A stretch of DNA of 64,000 nt from Octopus bimaculoides (lineage: Eukaryota), in NCBI RefSeq assembly GCF_001194135.2, contig NC_068991.1, forward strand, positions 30,517,063 to 30,581,062. Direction: 5' to 3'. The notes under the pieces are model-generated. The model saw nothing but the letters and a program-made list of their open reading frames with translations. It was not told where the DNA came from and did not search any database. A program made the translations under genes and the position numbers. This document shows, piece by piece, positions 26,017 to 40,999 of this stretch (position 1 is its first letter; every line of letters begins with the position of its first letter).

Positions 26017-27663
26017 TGTGTGTGTGTGTGTAACAGTATATATATCAGTATATCAGGCTGTAATTACAAAGTAACCAGGGGGACGATAAATCTTAGTGCC
26101 GTCCAGCGTACATGAACTGAAGTGTATTAACACAACGCTTCCGACTTAGCCAGTCTTGATGCAGTCATTTTCTTACATTTCCCTATTCACATTTTACCCA
26201 ATACAAACCCACTCTCTCAAATACCCACTTGTACATAGATATAGGTATATATATATATATATATATATATNNNNNNNNNNNNNNNNNNNNNNNNNNNNNN
26301 NNNNNNNNNNNNNNNNNNNNNNNNNNNNNNNNNNNNNNNNNNNNNNNNNNNNNNNNNNNNNNNNNNNNNNNNNNNNNNNNNNNNNNNNNNNNNNNNNNNN
26401 NNNNNNNNNNNNNNNNNNNNNNNNNNNNNNNNNNNNNNNNNNNNNNNNNNNNNNNNNNNNNNNNNNNNNNNNNNNNNNNNNNNNNNNNNNNNNNNNNNNN
26501 NNNNNNNNNNNNNNNNNNNNNNNNNNNNNNNNNNNNNNNNNNNNNNNNNNNNNNNNNNNNNNNNNNNNNNNNNNNNNNNNNNNNNNNNNNNNNNNNNNNN
26601 NNNNNNNNNNNNNNNNNNNNNNNNNNNNNNNNNNNNNNNNNNNNNNNNNNNNNNNNNNNNNNNNNNNNNNNNNNNNNNNNNNNNNNNNNNNNNNNNNNNN
26701 NNNNNNNNNNNNNNNNNNNNNNNNNNNNNNNNNNNNNNNNNNNNNNNNNNNNNNNNNNNNNNNNNNNNNNNNNNNNNNNNNNNNNNNNNNNNNNNNNNNN
26801 NNNNNNNNNNNNNNNNNNNNNNNNNNNNNNNNNNNNNNNNNNNNNNNNNNNNNNNNNNNNNNNNNNNNNNNNNNNNNNNNNNNNNNNNNNNNNNNNNNNN
26901 NNNNNNNNNNNNNNNNNNNNNNNNNNNNNNNNNNNNNNNNNNNNNNNNNNNNNNNNNNNNNNNNNNNNNNNNNNNNNNNNNNNNNNNNNNNNNNNNNNNN
27001 NNNNNNNNNNNNNNNNNNNNNNNNNNNNNNNNNNNNNNNNNNNNNNNNNNNNNNNNNNNNNNNNNNNNNNNNNNNNNNNNNNNNNNNNNNNNNNNNNNNN
27101 NNNNNNNNNNNNNNNNNNNNNNNNNNNNNNNNNNNNNNNNNNNNNNNNNNNNNNNNNNNNNNNNNNNNNNNNNNNNNNNNNNNNNNNNNNNNNNNNNNNN
27201 NNNNNNNNNNNNNNNNNNNNNNNNNNNNNNNNNNNNNNNNNNNNNNNNNNNNNNNNNNNNNNNNNATATATATATATATATATATATAGATGTAAGTATG
27301 TACATAAGCGTATGTATATATGCATATATATATTATATAAATTATTCTATACATATATATATGTACATCTATACACATACAAACATACACATATAGGCAC
27401 ACATATACACACACATGCACTGTATACGCTGTCAGTATATATAGAAAATTACACCTGGTAAAATATTTAGTACTAATTTAATATTAACACTTGGATTGGT
27501 TTCTGTTAGGTTGAATTACTTTAGTTTTCTTCTCTATTCGCATTTCTTTCTCTCCCTCTTTCTACACACACGTTAATAATTGTGTGAATGCGTGTGAAGT
27601 TTAATATCTACAGAATTCTGTAATAGTTTTTTTATGATAGGCTGTCAATAAAATTGTAACGTG

Positions 27664-27731
<68 letters not shown>

Positions 27732-28172
27732 AGACACATATATAAATATGTATATATATTTAATATATAATGGTATTATATGTATACACAAACATACATA
27801 TATACAAATATGTTTATANNNNNNNNNNNNNNNNNNNNNNNNNNNNNNNNNNNNNNNNNNNNNNNNNNNNNNNNNNNNNNNNNNNNNNNNNNNNNNNNNN
27901 NNNNNNNNNNNNNNNNNNNNNNNNNNNNNNNNNNNNNNNNNNNNNNNNNNNNNNNATATATATAAGATAAATGAGTATTTTATATATATTAAATATACAT
28001 GCTATGATATATATATAGAGAGAGTGAGGTACACACGCACACACACGCACTGAGAAAGAGAGAGAGAGAATGATTCAGAAATCATTCCTACATTTCATCA
28101 CCATCATCATCATAATCATCGTCTGTACGTGCTGGAGTACAAAAGGTCGGTAAAACCACATCTTGTCCCAAG

Positions 28173-28221
<49 letters not shown>

Positions 28222-29482
28222 CATATATATGTGCACGCACGCACACATACCTCCAAATGCATATATTTGGTATTCATTCCTGAAGAATTCAGGCCACTCA
28301 CTGATAGAGAAACAATGTTGTTTTGTTCTGAATGAAGACAATTGCTGGATTTCGTGAAGATATGAAATATTTTTCTATATGTATGTACTTGTATGTGGAC
28401 AATGTCGAATTGTTATAGTGGATAGATATGTCACAATTGTGCAGGAGTGTATGTCACTTTATTCCATATGTATATGCAATTGGGTGCCCCTGTTCATTCC
28501 AGGTACCTCAGATTGCGAATTTCTGCAATGCTTTTCCTAATCTTCATTTTTACACAAATCGATTGTATTTGGAGTGCACCAGCGTGGCATGTGTTTTAAA
28601 TGCATATCTGTTGTTACGTAATGTAGTACGCCTGTGATAGGAAGAGCAAATGAAAACCGTATGTAAAAGTTATGACTTTCTTGCCAGTTCTCCACAGATG
28701 CGTCTTTTCCCCCAATTTTTGACCAGTCGTCCTTTGGAGATTTCATGCCTACAACAGGAAGTGCCACCATATTTAACATAACAACCAGTAGTTATAATTG
28801 GAAGTTTCCACCAGTATCTGTTTTTGCAGATGTGGATACTTTCTGGTTCTTGCGTTTCTTTGGAATGGCCGCTAGAATAATCCCGTATGTATGTGTATGC
28901 ATGTATGTGTGTATGTACACATGCATGTTTGTATGTTTGTGTGCATATTTATGCGTGTATGTATATTTAAGCATATATGTATGTATGTTCATAGGCATAT
29001 ACATATGTTTGCATGTATGTGCGTGTCCCTCTCTGCCCTATCAGCCACTATTTAAATAAATTCTGTTCGGTATTGAACAATATAAAACTCATTATCTACA
29101 ATGATATTCTTATGTCAAATGTTATGCTGATTTACGTGTAGATAAATTGCGTATTTTTAACGAAATATTTACACGCTATGTTGTACATGGTATTTTCTGT
29201 AGAAAATATAAATATGCACACGTTATGTGAATGTAAAAGTCACTGAGCGAAGTGTATAAATCGTTTATGATTCGTTTTTAATATAAAATGTAAATGTTAT
29301 ATACTTTAATCTTTATATACGATGTATTGTATACACAGGTTAATATATATGATGCTTTGTTCTACATATATACGGGTGTAAAGTTTGATCTATATAACAC
29401 GTGCGATTTATGTGAATGTTATGTGATTATATGTGTGTAATTAATATATTTTAACTCACTCTTCCACCATTAGCATTTGTTT

Positions 29483-29533
<51 letters not shown>

Positions 29534-30350
29534 ATNNNNNNNNNNNNNNNNNNNNNNNNNNNNNNNNNNNNNNNNNNNNNNNNNNNNNNNNNNNNNNNNN
29601 NNNNNNNNNNNNNNNNNNNNNNNNNNNNNNNNNNNNNNNNNNNNTACATACAAATATTTATATGTATACATATATACATACGTACATATATATATCATAT
29701 ACATACAAATATTTATATGTATACATATATACATACATACAGATACCTATATATACACACAAATGCATACATACTTACATACACACACACACACACACAC
29801 AAATATATATATATATATACACATAGATTTATGTATACAGATGACAATATGTTATTTGTATGTGTGTGAGAGAGAGAGAGTGAGAAAGAGACAGAGAGAG
29901 TGTGTGTGTATGCGTTCGGTGAGTATATATATTGGGTAATATTTATATGCACTATGTCAATGTTATGTTGTTGTAAATGTGTGGAGGGGGGGGGATATGC
30001 AGGTGTGTGAGAAAAAAGATATTTATGTAGGTATCTACGTATGCAGCTCCTTTTGCAACACGCCTCATGTGATAGCTTGTATTTGACGTGTGTGTGCGTG
30101 TATGTAAATAGTTTTATGCATGTGTGCATCATATGTTCTAATGTATAAATGTAAAATAATGGTATATATTTCAAACATAAATACGTTAAAACATAATTAT
30201 GTACGATAATGAAATATGTTTAGTTTGTTTCTCTTGTATTGTTCTTACAACCGTCATGGGACTGTATGTGTGTGTGTGTGTGTATGTGTGTGTGTGTGTG
30301 TATGTATGTGTGTGTGTGTGTGAGTGTGTGTGTGTGTCTGTGTGTGTGTA

Positions 30351-30392
<42 letters not shown>

Positions 30393-30474
30393 AATGCGTA
30401 AGGAGGGAATGATAATTATTGTCAGTGAAAGCAAATTTATGTTCTAAATGTTTGCATGCTTGTACCTGTAAGAC

Positions 30475-30506
<32 letters not shown>

Positions 30507-30509
<3 letters not shown>

Positions 30510-30625
30510 CAGCTCTTCGAAACGCCGGTGCTTAAACGGGGGTAGCTGATGAAGGAGAATATTCTCTATGTGGCTTGTGTGTTTTCTTGTCTACGTTTTG
30601 TTTGCAATGTCCTGTACCAAGATAT
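30507..30625 (+). repeat. Short copy of the repeat found at 48625-48800 (minus)
   Basis: Shared ttcgaaacgc..ggg...ctgatgaagg.gaat.ttct.tatgt.gc.tgt...gttt...tgtcctgtacc. Confidence 0.6.
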
Positions 30626-30876
30626 GCACCTATACATACAGGTGGATGTCGGTATGCACATACCTGTACGTATATATGCATATACTCATTTACTATTTGT
30701 TTTTATATATATATATATATATGTATATTCGTTTGTTTGTATATATAGCAATGTCAGGGTGTCTTAAATTTATGAGATTGTGACTATGCGTGTGTGTATG
30801 TATATATGTATATATTTGTATGAATATATAAGTGTATTTATATATATTTATACACTTTTATATATAAACACACTCA

Positions 30877-30917
<41 letters not shown>

Positions 30918-31583
30918 TGTGTGTATCACATGCAAACACATTTACACAAACGCAGTGAGTAGTTTGCCTTATTGTGTAACTATACATTATTGTTATCAGT
31001 AATTAACGATATAGTTAATTCATTGTATGCACTATTAAATTTCATTGTTAACACCATTTGATGGTGCTCCAGCATGGCTACCGTAGGGGCCCCGTTGTAC
31101 GAACCTCAGTATCATTCGTAAAAGTGTTCGCTACTACTACTACTATTACTACTACTACTAAGCAATGCATTATATTACAGAACACGCCACTATAGAATTC
31201 TTTAATAATACTANNNNNNNNNNTGTGTGTGTGTGTGTGTGTGTGTACATTTCCATTAGTATTTGCCATTGTTTTATAAGAACACATACATGTGTCTATC
31301 TATACGTGTGTATATAAATATGTGTGTACATGAGTATGTAAGAAAAAATTCAGAAACAAGTTATATATTATTTTGACTACCATACATTCTTCAAATATAT
31401 ACATTTATATATAAATATATAGCCATATCATACTTAGAGAGTCACACATACTTACATACATACACACAAAAAAAAAACAACAGAAAATCTACGAAAGCAA
31501 GCAGAGCAGATGACAAAATTACTTTCCCAACTTTCCAATATCTTCTTTACTTTTGCATAACTTGTATGTATTTTATTCTACAC

Positions 31584-31632
<49 letters not shown>

Positions 31633-31657
31633 GTAATAATAATAATATTCTGAACAC

Positions 31658-31818
<161 letters not shown>

Positions 31819-32693
31819 NNNNNNNNNNNNNNNNNNNNNNNNNNNNNNNNNNNNNNNNNNNNNNNNNNNNNNNNNNNNNNNNNNNNNNNNNNNNNNNNNN
31901 NNNNNNNNNNNNNNNNNNNNNNNNNNNNNNNNNNNNNNNNNNNNNNNNNNNNNNNNNNNNNNNNNNNNNNNNNNNNNNNNNNNNNNNNNNNNNNNNNNNN
32001 NNNNNNNNNNNNNNNNNNNNNNNNNNNNNNNNNNNNNNNNNNNNNNNNNNNNNNNNNNNNNNNNNNNNNNNNNNNNNNNNNNNNNNNNNNNNNNNNNNNN
32101 NNNNNNNNNNNNNNNNNNNNNNNNNNNNNNNNNNNNNNNNNNNNNNNNNNNNNNNNNNNNNNNNNNNNNNNNNNNNNNNNNNNNNNNNNNNNNNNNNNNN
32201 NNNNNNNNNNNNNNNNNNNNNNNNNNNNNNNNNNNNNNNNNNNNNNNNNNNNNNNNNNNNNNNNNNNNNNNNNNNNNNNNNNNNNNNNNNNNNNNNNNNN
32301 NNNNNNNNNNNNNNNNNNNNNNNNNNNNNNNNNNNNNNNNNNNNNNNNNNNNNNNNNNNNNNNNNNNNNNNNNNNNNNNNNNNNNNNNNNNNNNNNNNNN
32401 NNNNNNNNNNNNNNNNNNNNNNNNNNNNNNNNNNNNNNNNNNNNNNNNNNNNNNNNNNNNNNNNNNNNNNNNNNNNNNNNNNNNNNNNNNNNNNNNNNNN
32501 NNNNNNNNNNNNNNNNNNNNNNNNNNNNNNNNNNNNNNNNNNNNNNNNNNNNNNNNNNNNNNNNNNNNNNNNNNNNNNNNNNNNNNNNNNNNNNNNNNNN
32601 NNNNNNNNNNNNNNNNNNNNNNNNNNNNNNNNNNNNNNNNNNNNNNNNNNNNNNNNNNNNNNNNNNNNNNNNNNNNNNNNNNNNNNNNNNNNN
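31819..32693. other. Assembly gap interrupting the Six1/2 coding exon
   Basis: 875 N beginning mid-homeodomain. That is long enough to hold the missing SIX domain plus homeodomain N-terminus (roughly 410-450 nt). Confidence 0.9.
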
Positions 32694-33052
32694 TATATAT
32701 ATATATATGTATGTATGTATAAGTTCATAAACTCACATACATATATGGCAACATACATGCCCAAATTCAACATATTTATCACATACACACACTCACACAT
32801 ACAAACGCATAAATATATGCTGATAGAAATAATGGATTCGGAAAAGCAAAGGCGAGATAGGGAGAGAGAGGAGAAAGAAAGAAACAACCAAACAAACAAA
32901 CAAAAGTGTACTGGAGTGCAACAATAAAATTAAATTAATAAACCAGAATAATTAACAAAAATATATCAACAAACAAAACAAGGAGTGAAGGGTGTTCGTG
33001 TGCGTGTGTGTGTATATGTGTCTGTGTTTGTGTTTGTGTGTGTATGCATATA

Positions 33053-33113
<61 letters not shown>

Positions 33114-33407
33114 NNNNNNNNNNNNNNNNNNNNNNNNNNNNNNNNNNNNNNNNNNNNNNNNNNNNNNNNNNNNNNNNNNNNNNNNNNNNNNNNNNNNNNN
33201 NNNNNNNNNNNNNNNNNNNNNNNNNNNNNNNNNNNNNNNNNNNNNNNNNNNNNNNNNNNNNNNNNNNNNNNNNNNNNNNNNNNNNNNNNNNNNNNNNNNN
33301 NNNNNNNNNNNNNNNNNNNNNNNNNNNNNNATATATACACATGTGTGTGTGTATGTGTGTTTGTATGTATGTACACACCGTTATTTATATGCATTTGTGT
33401 TTAAACG

Positions 33408-33454
<47 letters not shown>

Positions 33455-34645
33455 AGATAGATAGATAGATAGATAGATAGAATGTTATACTTTTCATGGT
33501 AAAATCGATGAAGCAACACAATATCACTCAAAACTTAATTATGTCCCTTTTACGGTCTGTGTTCAAATCCTGGGTATGTACACTTCACCCCTCTCTCACC
33601 GGGGTCGATGTAATATATCACAGCCATGAACTGTGAGTCCATCCCACTCACAACAACTTCCCCCAAAATCCCTGCCAATGGTCCACATCACTATCACCAT
33701 CACCATCATCATTAATATTGATATAATTATTATTCCAGCTCTGCCGTAACCGAATTGAAATCTTCCTGACACTGACTTTACCCTTCACCTTTTGAGCGTT
33801 AATCACATCAGTACCAGCGAACTACTAGGGCCCATATATTTTCTGCCCACCTTTGTGTCATTGCTCTTTCTGTGTTTAATTTGTTTGTTGATTTTGATCT
33901 TCAGATCGCTTGTATGGACAATTTAATTAGTAATTAGCTCCACCCTTTCACTGGTTCATTACGGCTATATAGATAGGTAGGTTGGTAGGTGGGTAGGTAG
34001 AGAAATAGCTCAAAATTTGATTGGTTATTTGCCTGTTATTTTGATATACCGACACAAAAAAATATTTTCGTTCTGTACTCCTTCCTCCTTCTCTCCCACA
34101 CATAAACATATTCTCATTCTATCTCTCTTTCTCTTCCTCTCTCACCCTCTCACTAGCACAACATATATTAAGGTGACTACATTGAGGCAGTAACACATAA
34201 CTAAGCGGGGTAGTACAGAGGTGGATTGAAGAGGAACGGGGTAGGTGGGATTTCGCAGGACAAACATTTGTTTACGTCAATTTAACAAAGAATCAGTAAG
34301 AAAAATAGGGAAGTAACATTAGTTAAAACGAATGACAACGATGATGATGATGATGATGATTTCATCACGTGGTAAATCCCATTGTTTCAACAAACAAGCA
34401 CACTCAAATACACACACGCACACGCGAATGTCCATGCATATTTCATACATGCATACATACAGAAAGACAAACAGATAGATAGATACAGTGAGTGTGTTTA
34501 ACTGGCGAAATATGACCATTACCAAGCATAAAAATGGTTCAACACACGGATTCACATCAAAAATCTTGCAAAACAAATACATATATGTGTGTATACGTGT
34601 GTATGTGTGTGTGTGCGTGTGTATGTAAGTATATGTATATGCATG

Positions 34646-34712
<67 letters not shown>

Positions 34713-34730
34713 TATACATATATATATATA

Positions 34731-34771
<41 letters not shown>

Positions 34772-34829
34772 GTGTGTGTACATATATATATGTATGTATA
34801 AATATGTATGTACATATATATATATATAC

Positions 34830-34869
<40 letters not shown>

Positions 34870-35062
34870 AATACGTATACATTATATGCTCATATACATA
34901 CATACAAGCGTATACACACATATCTATAAACAAGTACATGTGTGTCAGTGCTAGCATATACGTGTATATATATGATATATAATATTATGAATATGCGTAT
35001 ATGTGTCGTGCATAGATATAGACATACGTATGTGTGCATAGATATAGACGTACGTATGTGTG

Positions 35063-35158
<96 letters not shown>

Positions 35159-35501
35159 CATAAATACATGCACACATATTTGTGTATGCGTATATATCTA
35201 TATATATGGATGTATACATATATATACACATACATACACTCAGACTNNNNNNNNNNNNNNNNNNNNNNNNNNNNNNNNNNNNNNNNNNNNNNNNNNNNNN
35301 NNNNNNNNNNNNNNNNNNNNNNNNNNNNNNNNNNNNNNNNNNNNNNNNNNNNNNNNNNNNNNNGTTCTGTTATAACAATGGTAGTTGTTTCTGCTGCTGT
35401 TGTTATTTCTGTTGTTGCTGTCGTTGTCAACAGTGGTAATATTTTAATAATATACACTCCAATAATAATCTCTTTTCCTCCCACCTTCCTCCTCGTTATC
35501 A

Positions 35502-35553
<52 letters not shown>

Positions 35554-35940
35554 CATCATTATTATTATTATTATTATCATTATTATTATTATAGAGTGTT
35601 GTATGCTGGCCAATGATATGGGTGTGGATTTCGTTCTATGGTTGAGATTTCTCAATAGAACGAGCGAGTGTAGCACAAATGTATGAAAATAAAAAAAAAA
35701 AACGGCACGATGATCATAATGATTATGACGAGGACGATGCTGTTGACGATGATGATGACGATAAAGATATTGATGATGTGGAGGGGGAGGAGGAGGAGGA
35801 GGAGGAGGAAGAACATGTTGATGGTGATTAATGGCGACAATTATGATAATAATGAAGACGATAATAGGCTCACGGCGCCGTGGAGAGATGATAATAACAG
35901 TATAGACTCCGACTATTACGACAACGTTCACGACGACGAC

Positions 35941-35971
<31 letters not shown>

Positions 35972-36553
35972 GTGGTGGTGATGATGAAGATGATGGTGGT
36001 GATGATGATACAATAAACAAAACCCGTTGCTTACATACATATCCTCAGTCCGATGTACACCTTACATTAACAAAAACAACTACAATAATAGTTGCAGAAA
36101 CATAGCAGCAGCAGCAGCAGTAAAAGTTTGTTGTATGTGTGTGTGTGCGTTAGGGCGAGATATCCTTGTGTATTGACTCCATCGGGTTACGAGAGAAAGA
36201 GGACGGATGTATTCCCGTGTTTCACTCAACACCACTAATCCTTTATTCTTCTATTCGACTGAAAATGTTATCGTGCCTTATACATTTATTCTACGAATCC
36301 TATAAAATTTGTCACCCGCACCACCGGCAACACCAACACCCTCTTTGCTCACACAGGCACAACCTCGTTCCAACTCACACTACTCCCGCCACTACTCCGC
36401 CTCCTCATTCTACATCTACTGTGACTACTCCTTCCGTTCACTGCTTGCCCGCTCAATATGCTGGAAATAACAATCAAATTTTTCTCAAATCAGATTCTAG
36501 CAATTGACTGGATAATATTGCCAGTAATTCACTGTCCGTACACACACACACAT

Positions 36554-36590
<37 letters not shown>

Positions 36591-36761
36591 TACATACATA
36601 CATACATACATACATACATACATAATACAAAGAATATATATACATGTATACACACATATATGTACATGAATGTATACATGTATATAATCGCACTCGTATA
36701 TATTTTATATATGCATATACATTTATATATATACATACACTTATATTATATAAATATATGT

Positions 36762-36870
36762 ACGCGCAGGTGTGAGTGTGTAGTAAGAAGTTTGCTTCCC
36801 AATCACATGTTTTTTGGTTCAGCTCCAAACCTTGTGAGTGGATTTGATAGACGGAAACTGAAAGCCCGTA
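36762..36870 (+). mobile_element. Internally deleted SINE family B head
   Basis: gcgcaggtgtgagtgtgtagtaagaagtttgcttccc..ggttcag..ccttgtgagtggatttgatagacggaaactgaaagcccg. Confidence 0.75.
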
Positions 36871-37154
36871 ATATATATACATATATATGTATTTATATTT
36901 ATATAAGGGCATTACTATACAATAACGCCTCACGCCATGAGGGACTCTAAGGTCAGACTACTATAAAAAAAAGCACGTATATATGTATATATATATATAA
37001 TTATGTGTATTTCTTCTATCTTAATGAATAAAAATTCTTCTGATAGAATAAATGGGTTAATAGAAACCAATGTAGCAAAGAACACAAAATAACTGTGGTT
37101 AGTTCCTGTTTTTAAGGCAGGAACTCCTTGAAATTTTGGGTATTTGAGTATATT

Positions 37155-37204
<50 letters not shown>

Positions 37205-37746
37205 TACACACACACATACATACGTATATACATACACATACACATACATATGTATATTCCTTTATCTATACATACACACATACAAAATGGAAAAAGGAAT
37301 AGATATGTATGTGTTTGTGTGTGGGTGTGTGTGTGTGTATGTGCGTGTGCGTACATGTGTGTCAAGCATATTCTAAACATCTGTTGAGACTCTGGTGTTG
37401 ATTTGTTGTCATATTTTAGACTAGTATTACTACTACTGCTCCTACGACTACTACTTACTAGCTGTACAACTACAACTATACCACTAATACTAACTCTACT
37501 AGTATACCGCTTCTACATTAGTGATGACTGCTATTATTGTTGCTAGTGTTATTGTCGTGTGAAATGCAATACTTAAAACGATTGGTTCATTAGGCCACCT
37601 TCAACATTAACAACACATGCACACATACAAGATGGGCTCTGATGCCGTCAGCATATTTGGTAGCAATTACAGCCAAACGTCCATCAAATGATGCTACAAT
37701 GTCTAATAACAAGGATGTAGTCGAACACTCAGTATATCCATAAGTC

Positions 37747-37809
<63 letters not shown>

Positions 37810-37843
37810 NNNNNNNNNNNNNNNNNNNNNNNNNNNNNNNNNN

Positions 37844-37889
<46 letters not shown>

Positions 37890-38152
37890 GTGTATATATA
37901 TATATATATACACATATGTATATATATGTATATATATATGTATATATATGTATGTACATATATATATATATATTTATATATACATATATATACATATACG
38001 TATACATATATATACATAAGTGTGTATATATATATATATATTTGTGTATATATATATGTATATACACACACATACTTATATACATATACGGACATATATA
38101 CACAGACACACACTCATCCTTGCAGACGTGTAGGTAGATGGACAGACAGACA

Positions 38153-38190
<38 letters not shown>

Positions 38191-38494
38191 GTCATGCATA
38201 CATATGCTTAGTTTATTTCCATATATAACCATATATATACTTTATGAGAGTTTAATAGCTTCATTGTAATTCAAGAAATCATATCAATAGACAAAACATC
38301 GACACACACACTTAAATACATGTATGTGTTTGCATGTTTAGCCACTTGCATATGTATGTGTGTGGGTATGTGCGCGCGTGTTTGTTGATATCAACAGCGA
38401 CACATAGGGGCAGTCAAAAAGTAGATACGCAGACATTTGTGAATCTTTTATATTCAAACACACAATATGTGCAATTATTCTTCTATTCTTTTAT

Positions 38495-38695
38495 TCATAT
38501 ACTTGTTTCTGTCAGTTGACTGCGGCCATACTGGAGCACCGCATTTAGTCGAGCAAATCGATCCCAGGACTTATTGTTTGTAAGCCTAATACTTATTCCA
38601 TCGGTCTTTTTTGCCAAACCGCTAGTACGGGGAAGTAAACACACTAGCATCGGTTGTCAAGCGATGTTGGAGGAAGAAACACACAAACACATACA
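38495..38695 (-). mobile_element. SINE family B 3' half (head probably in the adjacent gap)
   Basis: Nearly colinear with 48152-48345. Confidence 0.85.
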
Positions 38696-40788
38696 CACAC
38701 ATGCATATACATACATATATATATATATATATATANNNNNNNNNNNNNNNNNNNNNNNNNNNNNNNNNNNNNNNNNNNNNNNNNNNNNNNNNNNNNNNNN
38801 NNNNNNNNNNNNNNNNNNNNNNNNNNNNNNNNNNNNNNNNNNNNNNNNNNNNNNNNNNNNNNNNNNNNNNNNNNNNNNNNNNNNNNNNNNNNNNNNNNNN
38901 NNNNNNNNNNNNNNNNNNNNNNNNNNNNNNNNNNNNNNNNNNNNNNNNNNNNNNNNNNNNNNNNNNNNNNNNNNNNNNNNNNNNNNNNNNNNNNNNNNNN
39001 NNNNNNNNNNNNNNNNNNNNNNNNNNNNNNNNNNNNNNNNNNNNNNNNNNNNNNNNNNNNNNNNNNNNNNNNNNNNNNNNNNNNNNNNNNNNNNNNNNNN
39101 NNNNNNNNNNNNNNNNNNNNNNNNNNNNNNNNNNNNNNNNNNNNNNNNNNNNNNNNNNNNNNNNNNNNNNNNNNNNNNNNNNNNNNNNNNNNNNNNNNNN
39201 NNNNNNNNNNNNNNNNNNNNNNNNNNNNNNNNNNNNNNNNNNNNNNNNNNNNNNNNNNNNNNNNNNNNNNNNNNNNNNNNNNNNNNNNNNNNNNNNNNNN
39301 NNNNNNNNNNNNNNNNNNNNNNNNNNNNNNNNNNNNNNNNNNNNNNNNNNNNNNNNNNNNNNNNNNNNNNNNNNNNNNNNNNNNNNNNNNNNNNNNNNNN
39401 NNNNNNNNNNNNNNNNNNNNNNNNNNNNNNNNNNNNNNNNNNNNNNNNNNNNNNNNNNNNNNNNNNNNNNTATATCATATATACATTTATAGGTATATAA
39501 TATACACACACACACACACATGTCTATACATTTATATTTGTATACGTGTGTGTACATTGTGTGTATGTGTATATGTGCGTGCGTGTGTCTATATGCTATC
39601 ACGCATGATATATTTTATGATAAATGTGACACATGATTTTCTTATATTTTACTTAAGTTTTCAACTAACGATATTACCAGTTAGTTGTGTCTGTTGTTGT
39701 TGATGTTGTTGTTGTTGTTTTTGTTGTTGTTCTTGACGGTGGTAGTGATGGTGGTGTTATTGTTCTTGTTCTAGTTGTTACTGTTCTGATCCATTTTCTC
39801 CTGCAATGATATTTATGTCATCTGTTTTGATATATTTATTCAGTTCTCATTGTTCCACTTCTTGGTTTTCCCTTATTCACGTCGACGAATGAAACACGGT
39901 TTCACAGGTAAAAATTTATCCACCACAAAACTATCAGATTTACAGATTACAATAATTGACCTAACACAGGTAAGGACATGAAGGTGCTTTTGGCAGGTAA
40001 ACTGCATTAAGATACGAGACTTTCCTTTGCGAGTTCCCGTAACTATGTCGTAGCGGGAGAATTTGTTATTTGAGATGAGAAATTGCCCCTGAACCTTACT
40101 GTATATCCCAGCTTTGTGAAATCGATGCGGCTAATGACCAAATTTAACATCACCATGTCAACTTGGATGCCTGAATAATTACATCAGAATCAACTCTACT
40201 AAAGTTACCCGATGACCAGGTGTTGATTATTTCTGCCATTGACCCACTACATGTACAAGCGACATTGAAATACTTACAGGACTTTCACATAATATCTTCA
40301 GGTTAGATGACATTGAGGTGATCTTCTTGTGGCTCCCTTTTGAATTGGACTTGCCAGTTAGAACAACGAAGTGACCCTATCTTGTTATACCTATTTACAG
40401 ATGGGTAGACTGGGAAATTTAAGAAGTTTTCCTGAGCTACACAGAACAAAGAATTGCTTAAATGTTTTCTATTCACACAACAAGTAAATATGATGGCTCT
40501 AACCGGTCGCACTAGATTACCAATAATAATATAGGATTTGTTCACGTCTCTGTTGGTAATTTACTCCCCAATCTAAACCACGGTTCACACTCTTCAATTC
40601 TCAGAGCTGCTAAAGTACACATATTCATACTCTGTTGCCATATGAATCAACTAATACTTTAGCTCTATTGCTCTAAGCTCAAATCAGCTCTCCATGTTTT
40701 CTTGTGTCTGATGTACACCAGTGTAATAACCATGTTTATAATGGAATAGGGTTAGCGTATTATGAAAGTATATTAAGAAGTAGTGGAC

Positions 40789-40843
<55 letters not shown>

Positions 40844-40966
40844 CTGAATTTAACATGTATATAACTGCGCATTACAGATATACAATACAACATAATAGTT
40901 ATTTAACAGCACGCAGTATAGGTGTAGAATAGGTATACAACACAACTCTATACATACATACAAACA

Positions 40967-40999
<33 letters not shown>

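Noticed and set aside
22460-26170. Shared 15-mer AGTCTTGATGCAGTC at about 22461 and 26153
   Set aside because: About one such match is expected by chance in a window of this size.
39900-40620. Complex 700-bp island that looks like decayed coding sequence
   Set aside because: No recognisable protein motif in the frames examined; cannot be assigned.
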